This document shows positions 55,680-64,000 of a stretch of DNA of 64,000 nucleotides, in pieces (positions within the stretch are counted from its first letter, which is position 1; each line of letters begins with the position of its first letter). The notes beneath the pieces are model-generated. The model worked only from the letters and a program-made list of their open reading frames with translations, had not been told where the DNA came from and did not search any database. Source of the stretch: a virus (taxonomy: Duplodnaviria; Caudoviricetes); IMG/VR virus record IMGVR_UViG_3300023170_004399, positions 192,001-256,000 of that record; one strand, 5' to 3'. Position numbers and translations under genes: made by a program.

Positions 55680-56777
55680 GTGGAAACTAGATTATATATT
55701 AAATACAAAGATGGAAATCAAAAAAACATGTATGTTGATTACCCTGTTAAAAGCAATGGGTATTCTGGCACTACAATAGGAGAATTGGTTTTTAATACTA
55801 GTATGACTGGGTATCAGGAAATTTTAACTGATCCATCATATAAAGGTCAAATAGTATTGATGACTGCTAATCATATTGGAAACACGGGAGTAAACACTGC
55901 AGATGTAGAATCTGAAAGGGTTTGGCCTCGAGGTTTATTGGCTAGGAATATTGACTTAATTAAAAAACCTAGCAACTGGAGATCAGAGAAAAATATAGTT
56001 GAATACTCTAAGGAAAATAAGTTTTCACTGGTTAGTGGTATTGACACTAGATATATCACTAAATTAATTAGAAATAATACGAATGTTGTTGCATGTATAT
56101 CTAGTGAGGATAGAAACTCTGTTAAGAAATTGTTAGATCAATTTAGTTATGAAGATGAATCTAAAGCTTCTGATGCTTCTAGATCATTTACTGTAAATAA
56201 AACAAAAACTGGCAATGGTTTTAAAGTTAACTTAATAGATTGCGGTTACAAAAGTAATATCTCGAGATTATTAACTAAGTATGGTTGTGATGTCACAGTC
56301 GTTAATGTAAATGACAGTTTATTTAATTGGACAAATGACTGTGATGCTTTATTTTTTAGTAATGGACCAGGCGATCCCACTGTTATGACAGAGGCTATCG
56401 ACAAGATTAAATCTATAATGGGAACAAAGCCAATGTTAGGTATATGCATGGGTCATCAGCTGATATCACTTGCTATAGGCGGGAAAGTTTACAAAATGCC
56501 GTTTGGCCACCGCGGTGCAAATCATCCAGTTATAGATTTAAAAACTAAAAAAATAGCTATAACTAGTCAAAATCACGGTTATTGTGTTGATAGAAGTATT
56601 GGTGAAATAGCGACAATAACACATATAAATTTAAATGATCAAACGGTGGCTGGAATTGAGTGTTATAAAAACAAGGTTTCTAGTGTACAATATCATCCTG
56701 AAGCCAAACCTGGCCCAGAAGAAAGTAACAAACTAATAGAACAATTTATTGAATTTGCAAGGAGTTTTAATGCCTAA
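55680..56777 (+). CDS. carA: carbamoyl-phosphate synthetase small subunit
   Basis: [55 protein letters not shown] (Cys-His-Glu triad intact). Confidence 0.97.
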   Translation: METRLYIKYKDGNQKNMYVDYPVKSNGYSGTTIGELVFNTSMTGYQEILTDPSYKGQIVLMTANHIGNTGVNTADVESERVWPRGLLARNIDLIKKPSNWRSEKNIVEYSKENKFSLVSGIDTRYITKLIRNNTNVVACISSEDRNSVKKLLDQFSYEDESKASDASRSFTVNKTKTGNGFKVNLIDCGYKSNISRLLTKYGCDVTVVNVNDSLFNWTNDCDALFFSNGPGDPTVMTEAIDKIKSIMGTKPMLGICMGHQLISLAIGGKVYKMPFGHRGANHPVIDLKTKKIAITSQNHGYCVDRSIGEIATITHINLNDQTVAGIECYKNKVSSVQYHPEAKPGPEESNKLIEQFIEFARSFNA

Positions 56778-59469
56778 AAGAAATGATATCAAAAAAATTA
56801 TGGTTATAGGTTCAGGACCTATAGTAATTGGACAAGCATGTGAGTTTGATTATTCAGGTACACAAGCTTGTAAGGTACTTAAGAATTTAGGGTACGAGGT
56901 TGTATTACATAACTCAAATCCGGCAACTATTATGACTGACCCAGAATTTGCTGATGCTACATACATTGAACCTTTGACAGCAGAATACGCTAAAAAGATT
57001 ATTGAGAAAGAAAAACCATGTGCAATATTACCAACAGTCGGTGGTCAAACTGGTTTAAATCTAGCAATGGAGTTATATAAGTTAGGTGTTTTAGATGAGC
57101 ACAACGTTGAATTAATTGGGGCAAAGCCTGATGCAATAGAAATTGCTGAAGATAGAGAAATGTTTAAAAATAAGATGATTGAAAAAGGTATACCAGTTGC
57201 TCCTTCTGGTATAGCTCATAACTTAGATGATGCGAAACAAATATTGAATGATATTGGTTTACCATTAATTATCAGACCTTCATACACATTAGGCGGAGAA
57301 GGCGGTGGTGTTGCCATGACAGAACAAGAATTTTATTCAATAGTTTCATTAGGTTTAGATTTAAGTCCTATCAGTCAAGTGCTTATTGAAAAAAGTGCAT
57401 TAGGTTGGAAAGAATTTGAAATGGAATTAATCAGAGACAAAGATGATAATGCTATTGTAGTTTGTTCTATAGAAAACTTTGATCCTATGGGTGTACATAC
57501 TGGTGACAGTATTACTGTTGCTCCAGCACAAACGTTAACTGATGTAGAGTATCAAAAAATGCGTACAATGTCTTTTGATGTTATTCGTGCAGTCGGTGTA
57601 GAAACTGGTGGTTCAAATATTCAGTTTGCTGTCGATCCTGAAACTGGTTATATGTTTGTTATAGAAATGAATCCTCGTGTGTCGAGAAGTTCTGCTTTGG
57701 CTTCAAAGGCTACTGGCTTCCCTATAGCAAAAATAGCAGCGCAGTTAGCAGTTGGTTTAACATTAGGTGAAATAAACAATGATATAACTAAAAAGACACC
57801 AGCTTGTTTTGAACCAGCTTTAGACTACACTGTTGTAAAAATACCCAGATGGAATACAGAAAAATTCAAAGGTGCAACCAGTACCTTAACTACACAAATG
57901 AAGGCTGTCGGGGAAGTAATGTCCATTGGCACCAGTTTTAGTGAAGCAATGCAAAAAGCACTTTTATCATTAGAGCTTAAGTTGCCTAGTTACAACTTAG
58001 TAGCAACTGAAGATTTGTTAGAAGATATTAAAGTGCCACAACCTGATAGAATATTTAAAATACTTGAGTTGATGTCACGTAATACTCCTATATCTGATAT
58101 ACATAATTTAACAAAGATAGACACATGGTTTTTAGAAAACATGTTTGCTGAGACCAAGCTAGATAACACTGTCTTTAAAATGGTTGACACTTGCGCAGCT
58201 GAATTTAAATCAGAAACGCCATATTTGTATAGCACTACTGGCTATGAGTGTGAATTACCAATAGATAAATCAAACATTGTAACGATATTAGGCAATGGTC
58301 CAAATAGAATAGGGCAAGGTCTTGAATTTGATTACTGTTGTGTACATGCGAGCATGGCTTTGAAAGAGTTAGGTTACACTAGTGCAATGGTTAACTGCAA
58401 TCCGGAAACTGTTTCAACTGATTATGACACTAGTGATATATTGTTCTTCGAACCTATTACAAAAACATATGTTGATAATATTGTAAAGACATTAGACACA
58501 AATCTAATAGGTTCCATTGTTCAGTTTGGTGGTCAGACACCTCTTAAGTTGGCTAATCAAATAGGTAATATTTGTGGTACTGATCCTGAATCTATTGACA
58601 TATGTGAAGATAGAGAATTGTTTAATAACATGATTAAAGATTTAGGCTTCAAACAACCACCAGGTTTTATTGCTGCTAGTATATCAGATGCGCATAAAGC
58701 AAAAGATGAATTAGGTTACCCAGTATTGGTTAGACCTTCTTATGTTTTAGGTGGTAAGTGTATGCACGTTTGTTATAATGATGTAGAATTTAATAGTGCA
58801 GTTACAAAGGCTTATGATGCTAGTAATGGGAAGCCGCTTTTGGTAGATAAGTTTTTATCAAATGCAATAGAATATGATGTTGATGTTGTTTGCGATAAGT
58901 TTGGTAACTATGAAATAGCTGCTGTAATGGAACACATAGAAGAAGCTGGTATACATTCTGGTGATTCTTCTTGTATTATACCATCACTATCATTAACGAA
59001 AAAACAGCGTAGTAAAATAGAAACAATATGTGATAAGCTATGTGATGTCTTGAATGTAGTAGGACTAATGAATATTCAGTTTGCTATTAAAGAAGATGAG
59101 GTTTATATTATAGAAGTCAATCCTCGAGCAAGCCGGACTGTACCTTTTGCTAGTAAGGCAACTGGTGTACCATGGGCAAAGATAGCAACCTACATGTGTA
59201 TGGGTGAAAACCTAAATGAGACAATGAAGAAGTTTAAAAGAAATAGAAAGAATTTGTTTTATGTTAAATCACCAGTCTTCCCATGGAGAAAATTCTCTGT
59301 TGATGATACATTGTTAGGACCAGAAATGAAAAGTACTGGTGAAGTAATGGGTGTTGGAAGTACGTGGCATGAGGCTTATCTAAAAGCTTTGTTAGCAAGT
59401 GGCATTAATGTTAAGAAAAGATCTAATATACTGATCTCTATTGCTGACAAAGATAAAAGTAATTTATAA
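56770..59469 (+). CDS. carB: carbamoyl-phosphate synthetase large subunit (two ATP-grasp domains; stops at the start of the MGS domain)
   Basis: [73 protein letters not shown]. Confidence 0.96.
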   Translation: MPKRNDIKKIMVIGSGPIVIGQACEFDYSGTQACKVLKNLGYEVVLHNSNPATIMTDPEFADATYIEPLTAEYAKKIIEKEKPCAILPTVGGQTGLNLAMELYKLGVLDEHNVELIGAKPDAIEIAEDREMFKNKMIEKGIPVAPSGIAHNLDDAKQILNDIGLPLIIRPSYTLGGEGGGVAMTEQEFYSIVSLGLDLSPISQVLIEKSALGWKEFEMELIRDKDDNAIVVCSIENFDPMGVHTGDSITVAPAQTLTDVEYQKMRTMSFDVIRAVGVETGGSNIQFAVDPETGYMFVIEMNPRVSRSSALASKATGFPIAKIAAQLAVGLTLGEINNDITKKTPACFEPALDYTVVKIPRWNTEKFKGATSTLTTQMKAVGEVMSIGTSFSEAMQKALLSLELKLPSYNLVATEDLLEDIKVPQPDRIFKILELMSRNTPISDIHNLTKIDTWFLENMFAETKLDNTVFKMVDTCAAEFKSETPYLYSTTGYECELPIDKSNIVTILGNGPNRIGQGLEFDYCCVHASMALKELGYTSAMVNCNPETVSTDYDTSDILFFEPITKTYVDNIVKTLDTNLIGSIVQFGGQTPLKLANQIGNICGTDPESIDICEDRELFNNMIKDLGFKQPPGFIAASISDAHKAKDELGYPVLVRPSYVLGGKCMHVCYNDVEFNSAVTKAYDASNGKPLLVDKFLSNAIEYDVDVVCDKFGNYEIAAVMEHIEEAGIHSGDSSCIIPSLSLTKKQRSKIETICDKLCDVLNVVGLMNIQFAIKEDEVYIIEVNPRASRTVPFASKATGVPWAKIATYMCMGENLNETMKKFKRNRKNLFYVKSPVFPWRKFSVDDTLLGPEMKSTGEVMGVGSTWHEAYLKALLASGINVKKRSNILISIADKDKSNL

Positions 59470-59837
59470 AGTCACGTGATTATTTAAAACATTTGATAAA
59501 TGATTTTGGTTGTGAAATATATGCTACTAAAGGCACGTATGAAATATTGACATCGATGGGATTAGAAGTTAACTTGTCTGAGAAATTCCTTGCAGGACAG
59601 AATAGCTCAATAAGTTTGATAGCAAATAAAAAAATCGATTTAGTATTAAACACAACCAGTGGTGAAGAACATATTAATGAAGAAGCAAAATTGAGGTTAG
59701 CGTGTTTAAGGCAGGATATACCTTGTATAACAAGTTTATTTGCAATGACAAAGTTAATAAAAGCTATAGCCTCAAAAGCTGATAAAGAAAAAATAATTGT
59801 TAGAAGTTTACAACAAATAGGGGATAATAATGATTAA
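59463..59837 (+). other. carB: CarB C-terminal MGS (allosteric) domain in the -1 frame
   Basis: After ...ADKDKSNL* the -1 frame continues [21 protein letters not shown]...IDLVLNT...LRLACL..IPCITS. Confidence 0.85.
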
Positions 59838-60024
59838 ACCAGGAAACAGAGTGTCTTTATTTTATGATATAACAAAAGAAGGTGAAGTAATAGACGTAGT
59901 GTATGTTCCAACTAATACATGGCTAACTGAAGGTACAAGCTCTAAAGTAGCAAAGTACAAAGTAAGATGGTCAGATGGAACTGAGAGTATACACCCTTTT
60001 GGAGAATTAATGAGAATTGATTAA
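59830..60024 (+). CDS. small SH3-like protein
   Basis: MIKPGNRV...GEVIDV...YKVRWSDG. Confidence 0.6.
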   Translation: MIKPGNRVSLFYDITKEGEVIDVVYVPTNTWLTEGTSSKVAKYKVRWSDGTESIHPFGELMRID

Positions 60025-60042
60025 AGGCGTATACTTATTTAT

Positions 60043-60261
60043 ATGGGATCTTCTGAATATTCATGTGGCGAACTAATTATAATAGATAGATTTATGAAAG
60101 GTCAAAATAAAGGTTACAACGTTGGTATATATTTAGGTGACTATTATTTTGTTACAGGAAATCGATATGCAAAGGTTTTATTCAATAATGAAATAATAGA
60201 AGTCCCATATAAACATCTAAAGAAACTGCCGGAGAAAATGTGTGGAAGCCGTTTCAAGTAA
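60043..60261 (+). CDS. small KOW/SH3-like protein
   Basis: YSCGELI...VGIYLG...AKVLF...HLKKL. Confidence 0.55.
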   Translation: MGSSEYSCGELIIIDRFMKGQNKGYNVGIYLGDYYFVTGNRYAKVLFNNEIIEVPYKHLKKLPEKMCGSRFK

Positions 60262-60457
60262 TGATTTTTTTGAAATAGGTGATCTAGTAATGTTTGTCCA
60301 ATCTCATTTAGGATTGGCAATGAAATATAAAAATGCTCAAACTATTTGGCACATTGGAATAATAATAAGCAAAGATTCACAAACAAATTTTTGCATAGTA
60401 CATTATGATGATAAAATAATTCCAGTTACTTATGATAAATTAAAAAAAATAATATAA
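60242..60457 (+). CDS. small KOW/SH3-like protein
   Basis: FEIGDLVMF...IGIII...CIVHY...LKKI. Confidence 0.6.
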   Translation: MEAVSSNDFFEIGDLVMFVQSHLGLAMKYKNAQTIWHIGIIISKDSQTNFCIVHYDDKIIPVTYDKLKKII

Positions 60458-60471
60458 TTAATAAGTAAAAA

Positions 60472-60924
60472 ATGGAGATTAGTATGCGTTATAAAATGAA
60501 GGCTAGCGATTTAGCTATTGTAATAGAAACCGTAAAATATTTAGCTAAAGCAACTCCTAAAAAAAGAAATCTCGTTGAGTGTGCATGTGAAGACATGGAA
60601 GAGATGGCGGAAATGGATGGCACTGATGTTATTTCTTTAGTTATGGGTGTCGGCAAAGATGACAACTATCCCGATGAACATCATGGTGATGGTGGTAGAA
60701 TGATGGATTATGGTCATACTAAATCAGATTCACATGAAGGTCGTATGACTAAGGCAAAGCTTTTCAGAATGGCACAGATGGCACAACGTTTACACGATAA
60801 ATTAGTTGACGCTGATGATTTACCTGAATGGGTGCAGGATAAGGTCACTACTGCAGAAGATAGATTAGCTTCAGCTCACGATTACATACTTTACAAAGTG
60901 TGGAGAATGAATAATGAAAAATAA
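60472..60924 (+). CDS. conserved phage protein, probable head protein
   Basis: EGRMTKAKL...L...DDLPEWVQDKVT.AED.L...DYI motif. Confidence 0.75.
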   Translation: MEISMRYKMKASDLAIVIETVKYLAKATPKKRNLVECACEDMEEMAEMDGTDVISLVMGVGKDDNYPDEHHGDGGRMMDYGHTKSDSHEGRMTKAKLFRMAQMAQRLHDKLVDADDLPEWVQDKVTTAEDRLASAHDYILYKVWRMNNEK

Positions 60925-63148
60925 ATATAGCCTTAAGCGATATTTTTTAAATGAATTTAATAGTCGAACATCCGGTAGGCAAAGAAAGTTTGATTTTCCC
61001 CTTGTTTTTGATGATGTACATCCTAAAATCATTACTAAAGATGGAAACTACGATAATATTATTTTTTATGTAACCCCTAATAAAAGAAAAAACGACCAAG
61101 GGAAAGACGAGCGATACATATATTATTTTGACTCAGATGATCTATCTAAATATTTTAGCTTTAAAGCAGAATCAGGGAATTATCGCAACGTTTATGAGGA
61201 AATGACACCAACCGCTTTTCAAGGATTTATTGATACTTTACGTTTGCAAAAATCACTTTTTGATAATCAAAAATATAATGAATGGAAGACAAATATTGAA
61301 AATCAATTAATTAAAGAACATCAATATGAATTTCCTGATCCAGAAGAACTAGAAGATGACCGTGATATGTATGATTTTTATGGTGATGAAATTCCTACAC
61401 AAGATCAATATCTGGAACAAAATGAAGCTAAATATAACAAACAAGCTTATCATAGTCATATTTACGACTGGTATGTAAGAGAAGTGACTAGTATAACAAA
61501 GAACTCCTTTGATATTCATGCTAATGGAAGATTGTTAAAAAAGGGTACTACGAATGATTATCATTTTTCATTTCAAAATGAAAGAGCAATGAAAACCCGA
61601 GGCTATTATGATATAGATAAATTAATCCAAGCTCGCGAAAATTATAAAAACAAACAAAAAGTAAATTTTCCGGTGACTAGTTTGCGAAATATTATTGGTT
61701 TTGAACCATCAACCAGTTTCAATAACAAATCCCCTAAAAGAAATGTGATAAGAAGGGGTGTTCATGGTCATTCGTCTTCCAAAAGCAAACCAGTCGTGTT
61801 TTTTTATGGTAAAATATATAAACAAGTGATAACCGGATACGATAAAACCACCGGATTACCTCTTGTCTCTGGGGGAAGAGAATACATTACAGAAGAGCCT
61901 ATATGGATTAGCGCTGAAAATATTAGAACAGCAACAGAAAAAAGATCTGAGAAGAATTCACACATTAGTCAGGAAGAGTACAATATAGCTCACGCCTTTT
62001 TTGAAGGTCCAAACGCGTTTACTCCTTTACAGAAATCGGACATAGAAGAATTACTTAAACCAGACACAAAAGCGTATGCTTACGAAGAAGCAATAAATAA
62101 GATTTATGGCACAAGTGTACCTAAAATGATGTTAGATGGGGAAGAATTAGAGTTAGAGGCTATAAACATCAAGAAAGCATGGGATTATAACCCGGGACAA
62201 ACAGGCCGAGGAGAATACTTAATGTCGGCCATTTTTCCTCACTTAGTTGTTGTCGGCGGTTCAGCTGCGGAAGCCGGTGTTGATTTAATTCATTATGCTA
62301 ACCCAGATATCAAATACGAAGTAAAAGAACCGGATTTTCGTGTTGGTGTAAAAAGTGTAAAACCAGCGATAGAATTTAGTAATTTCATCGTGCCTCATAT
62401 TAATTATTTAATTAAGCAGCTTGAATCTGTAAAAACTAAATCCTATAAAAATTTAATGGCTATGGCGAATTCTCGCGTACAAATTTTCTTAGATGGCGAA
62501 AGTGTTTCAGAAAATATTGGAAAAGAAGAATTAATGGAAGCTTCACTGTTAAAATCTGATTGGATGGTCAAAGAACATGAAATTGTTAGTGAAGATTTAG
62601 ATATAATGCTTCGAATAATAAATTCAAAACAAATATCAATGGATCAGTGGGAAAAAGCTGTTGCCGAATATTTTAAATACACGATTGACTGGTGTCTTGA
62701 TCAATGTGCAGAAATACTTCAGAGATCTCAAAGTTTAGAAGTAGCTCCATCTGTCATAACAGATTTAGTAGGTGCATACAATTATTATGATATTAGTTTT
62801 CCCCGCGGTATACAAAACACTGATCAGTATTTAGATCTTCTTAGGCGTAACTATGTAAAAGCATTAAACCCTGAAATAGTTTTATCTGGTACGACTTTAA
62901 TGATAGTTGGCGAAACCCATTTTCGTATTTTAACACCAGGTAAACTAAAAGAGTTAGTAATGAAGAGCGTAAATGGTCAATTAGAAAAGAAAATTGCTTC
63001 GATAACTTCTGGTGGTGCTGGTTTTGATCTTAAAAAAATATATATGGAACAATTAGACGCTGATGTGACTGGCTTGTTAGATACTAATACAGAGGAAAGC
63101 TTAGGTGAATCAATTAACCGTTGGGTTAAGTGGGCCACGAGAAAATAA
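60914..63148 (+). CDS. large leader-bearing protein with PD-(D/E)xK-like nuclease motif
   Basis: Leader MKNKYSLKRYFLNE; GRGE...GVD-x10-EVK; C-terminal LGESINRWVKWA. Confidence 0.65.
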   Translation: MKNKYSLKRYFLNEFNSRTSGRQRKFDFPLVFDDVHPKIITKDGNYDNIIFYVTPNKRKNDQGKDERYIYYFDSDDLSKYFSFKAESGNYRNVYEEMTPTAFQGFIDTLRLQKSLFDNQKYNEWKTNIENQLIKEHQYEFPDPEELEDDRDMYDFYGDEIPTQDQYLEQNEAKYNKQAYHSHIYDWYVREVTSITKNSFDIHANGRLLKKGTTNDYHFSFQNERAMKTRGYYDIDKLIQARENYKNKQKVNFPVTSLRNIIGFEPSTSFNNKSPKRNVIRRGVHGHSSSKSKPVVFFYGKIYKQVITGYDKTTGLPLVSGGREYITEEPIWISAENIRTATEKRSEKNSHISQEEYNIAHAFFEGPNAFTPLQKSDIEELLKPDTKAYAYEEAINKIYGTSVPKMMLDGEELELEAINIKKAWDYNPGQTGRGEYLMSAIFPHLVVVGGSAAEAGVDLIHYANPDIKYEVKEPDFRVGVKSVKPAIEFSNFIVPHINYLIKQLESVKTKSYKNLMAMANSRVQIFLDGESVSENIGKEELMEASLLKSDWMVKEHEIVSEDLDIMLRIINSKQISMDQWEKAVAEYFKYTIDWCLDQCAEILQRSQSLEVAPSVITDLVGAYNYYDISFPRGIQNTDQYLDLLRRNYVKALNPEIVLSGTTLMIVGETHFRILTPGKLKELVMKSVNGQLEKKIASITSGGAGFDLKKIYMEQLDADVTGLLDTNTEESLGESINRWVKWATRK

Positions 63149-63159
63149 TTAAAAAATCT

Positions 63160-63197
63160 CTGTAAAATCTGCAAAAGCCTCGTATAGTTGTTATACT
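63160..63197 (+). promoter_or_regulatory. sigma70-type phage promoter
   Basis: CTGTAAAAT-CTGCAA-17 bp-TATACT. Confidence 0.75.
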
Positions 63198-63232
63198 ATT
63201 AGTATAACTTAACTGCTAACCTCGAGGTCGCA

Positions 63233-63643
63233 ATGCCTAAAACCAACATTTTCGATTACAACCCTGAGCTTCCATCGCACAGGCACAAACTAGCTAATAA
63301 TATTTTAAACACGCTTCAAAAGTGGGGTTTTACTGTTGACGCTGAAAAAACAAGTGAGTCATGGGAATTTGTTTGTTCACGTGTTGATAAATACAATCCC
63401 TATAAAACCATATACGTATGGACCAGCATTGATAAAGTCAGTGGTTCAATACGTAAAAAATGGCAAGATAGAATTAGAGTAGCTGTAAAAAAAGAACACA
63501 AGCCTACAACCAGTGACCTTCATAAGATAGGTCATTTCGAAGACCACTATTGGCGTCGTGCAGGTTGGGTTAATCGTTGCGGCACAATTTACAGTATCAC
63601 TTCGCGAATGTGTGATACAATAAAAAAAGCACAAAAATTATAA
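63233..63643 (+). CDS. hypothetical (probably early) protein
   Basis: GAGG RBS, first gene after promoter. Confidence 0.7.
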   Translation: MPKTNIFDYNPELPSHRHKLANNILNTLQKWGFTVDAEKTSESWEFVCSRVDKYNPYKTIYVWTSIDKVSGSIRKKWQDRIRVAVKKEHKPTTSDLHKIGHFEDHYWRRAGWVNRCGTIYSITSRMCDTIKKAQKL

Positions 63644-63674
63644 ATCATTTCTAACATCAAACATAGGAGACAAT

Positions 63675-64000
63675 ATGTCACTAATATATTTACCAAAATT
63701 CCGCCCTTTACAAATGGCTAACTATTTTCATTACAACTCAACTATAGAGTTATTTTCCGATAAAAATTTAGTTGTTTTAAATCCAGATAACGTACAATTT
63801 GTTCACGTTGGCAGTAAACCTACAACAGCAAGTGGTTTTACTTTTTATCCAACCATTATTAGATTTGTTAATGGTGCGGAAATAAAAGTAGCAATTTCTT
63901 TAAAAGGTTACTTTGAAGCCAATCGTCACATTAATTTAGACAGTACTGAGCTGCGAACAGAGTATTTAAAGCATATTATTAAACCGGAAGAATATAAACA
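63675..64000 (+). CDS. hypothetical protein, 3'-truncated by window edge
   Basis: AGGAG RBS, MSLIYLPKFRP..., open to window end. Confidence 0.6.
   Translation, partial: MSLIYLPKFRPLQMANYFHYNSTIELFSDKNLVVLNPDNVQFVHVGSKPTTASGFTFYPTIIRFVNGAEIKVAISLKGYFEANRHINLDSTELRTEYLKHIIKPEEYK

Noticed and set aside
1-64000. Stop-codon reassignment, tRNA/rRNA genes, integrase or IS elements
   Set aside because: Known enzymes are full length in code 11 with TAA, TAG and TGA all used as stops; no T-loop GTTCGA-type cloverleaf, rRNA-like tract or transposase motif was found by eye

Overview
AT-rich, densely coding 64 kb segment of a large tailed-phage (jumbo-phage-like) genome, standard genetic code, almost all genes on the + strand apart from a five-gene minus-strand block (40854-44217). 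No tRNA, rRNA, CRISPR array or integrase was seen. Left part: Dam-type methylase, ThyX, Fpg/Nei, a DnaE replicase, then a nucleotide-modification operon (dNMP kinase, NodU/CmcH carbamoyltransferase, a degenerate thymidylate-synthase-fold protein, a dCMP-hydroxymethylase-type TS homolog, dUTPase, NAD-dependent epimerase, cupin, DHH phosphoesterase, dCMP deaminase). This points to a 5-hydroxymethylcytosine to carbamoyl-hmC pathway. About 47 kb downstream the phage carries its own carbamoyl-phosphate synthetase (carA, carB), with the CarB MGS domain split off by a -1 frameshift. The middle holds probable virion/head proteins sharing N-terminal basic-amphipathic leaders ending in [L/I]-x-E and terminal RWQKLAG-like motifs. 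Enzymes also carry these leaders (Fe/Mn SOD, pterin dehydratase, two ART-like paralogs, a large PD-(D/E)xK protein). Also present: GroEL, a sigma70 lacking region 4.2 with a nearby stand-alone sigma4-like HTH, peptide deformylase, ClpS, UvsE, an MBD4-like glycosylase, adenosine deaminase, two more DNA methyltransferases, many small KOW/SH3-like paralogs, five near-identical sigma70-type promoters, candidate late promoters and two structured intergenic elements. All calls are by eye from motifs; no database search was run.
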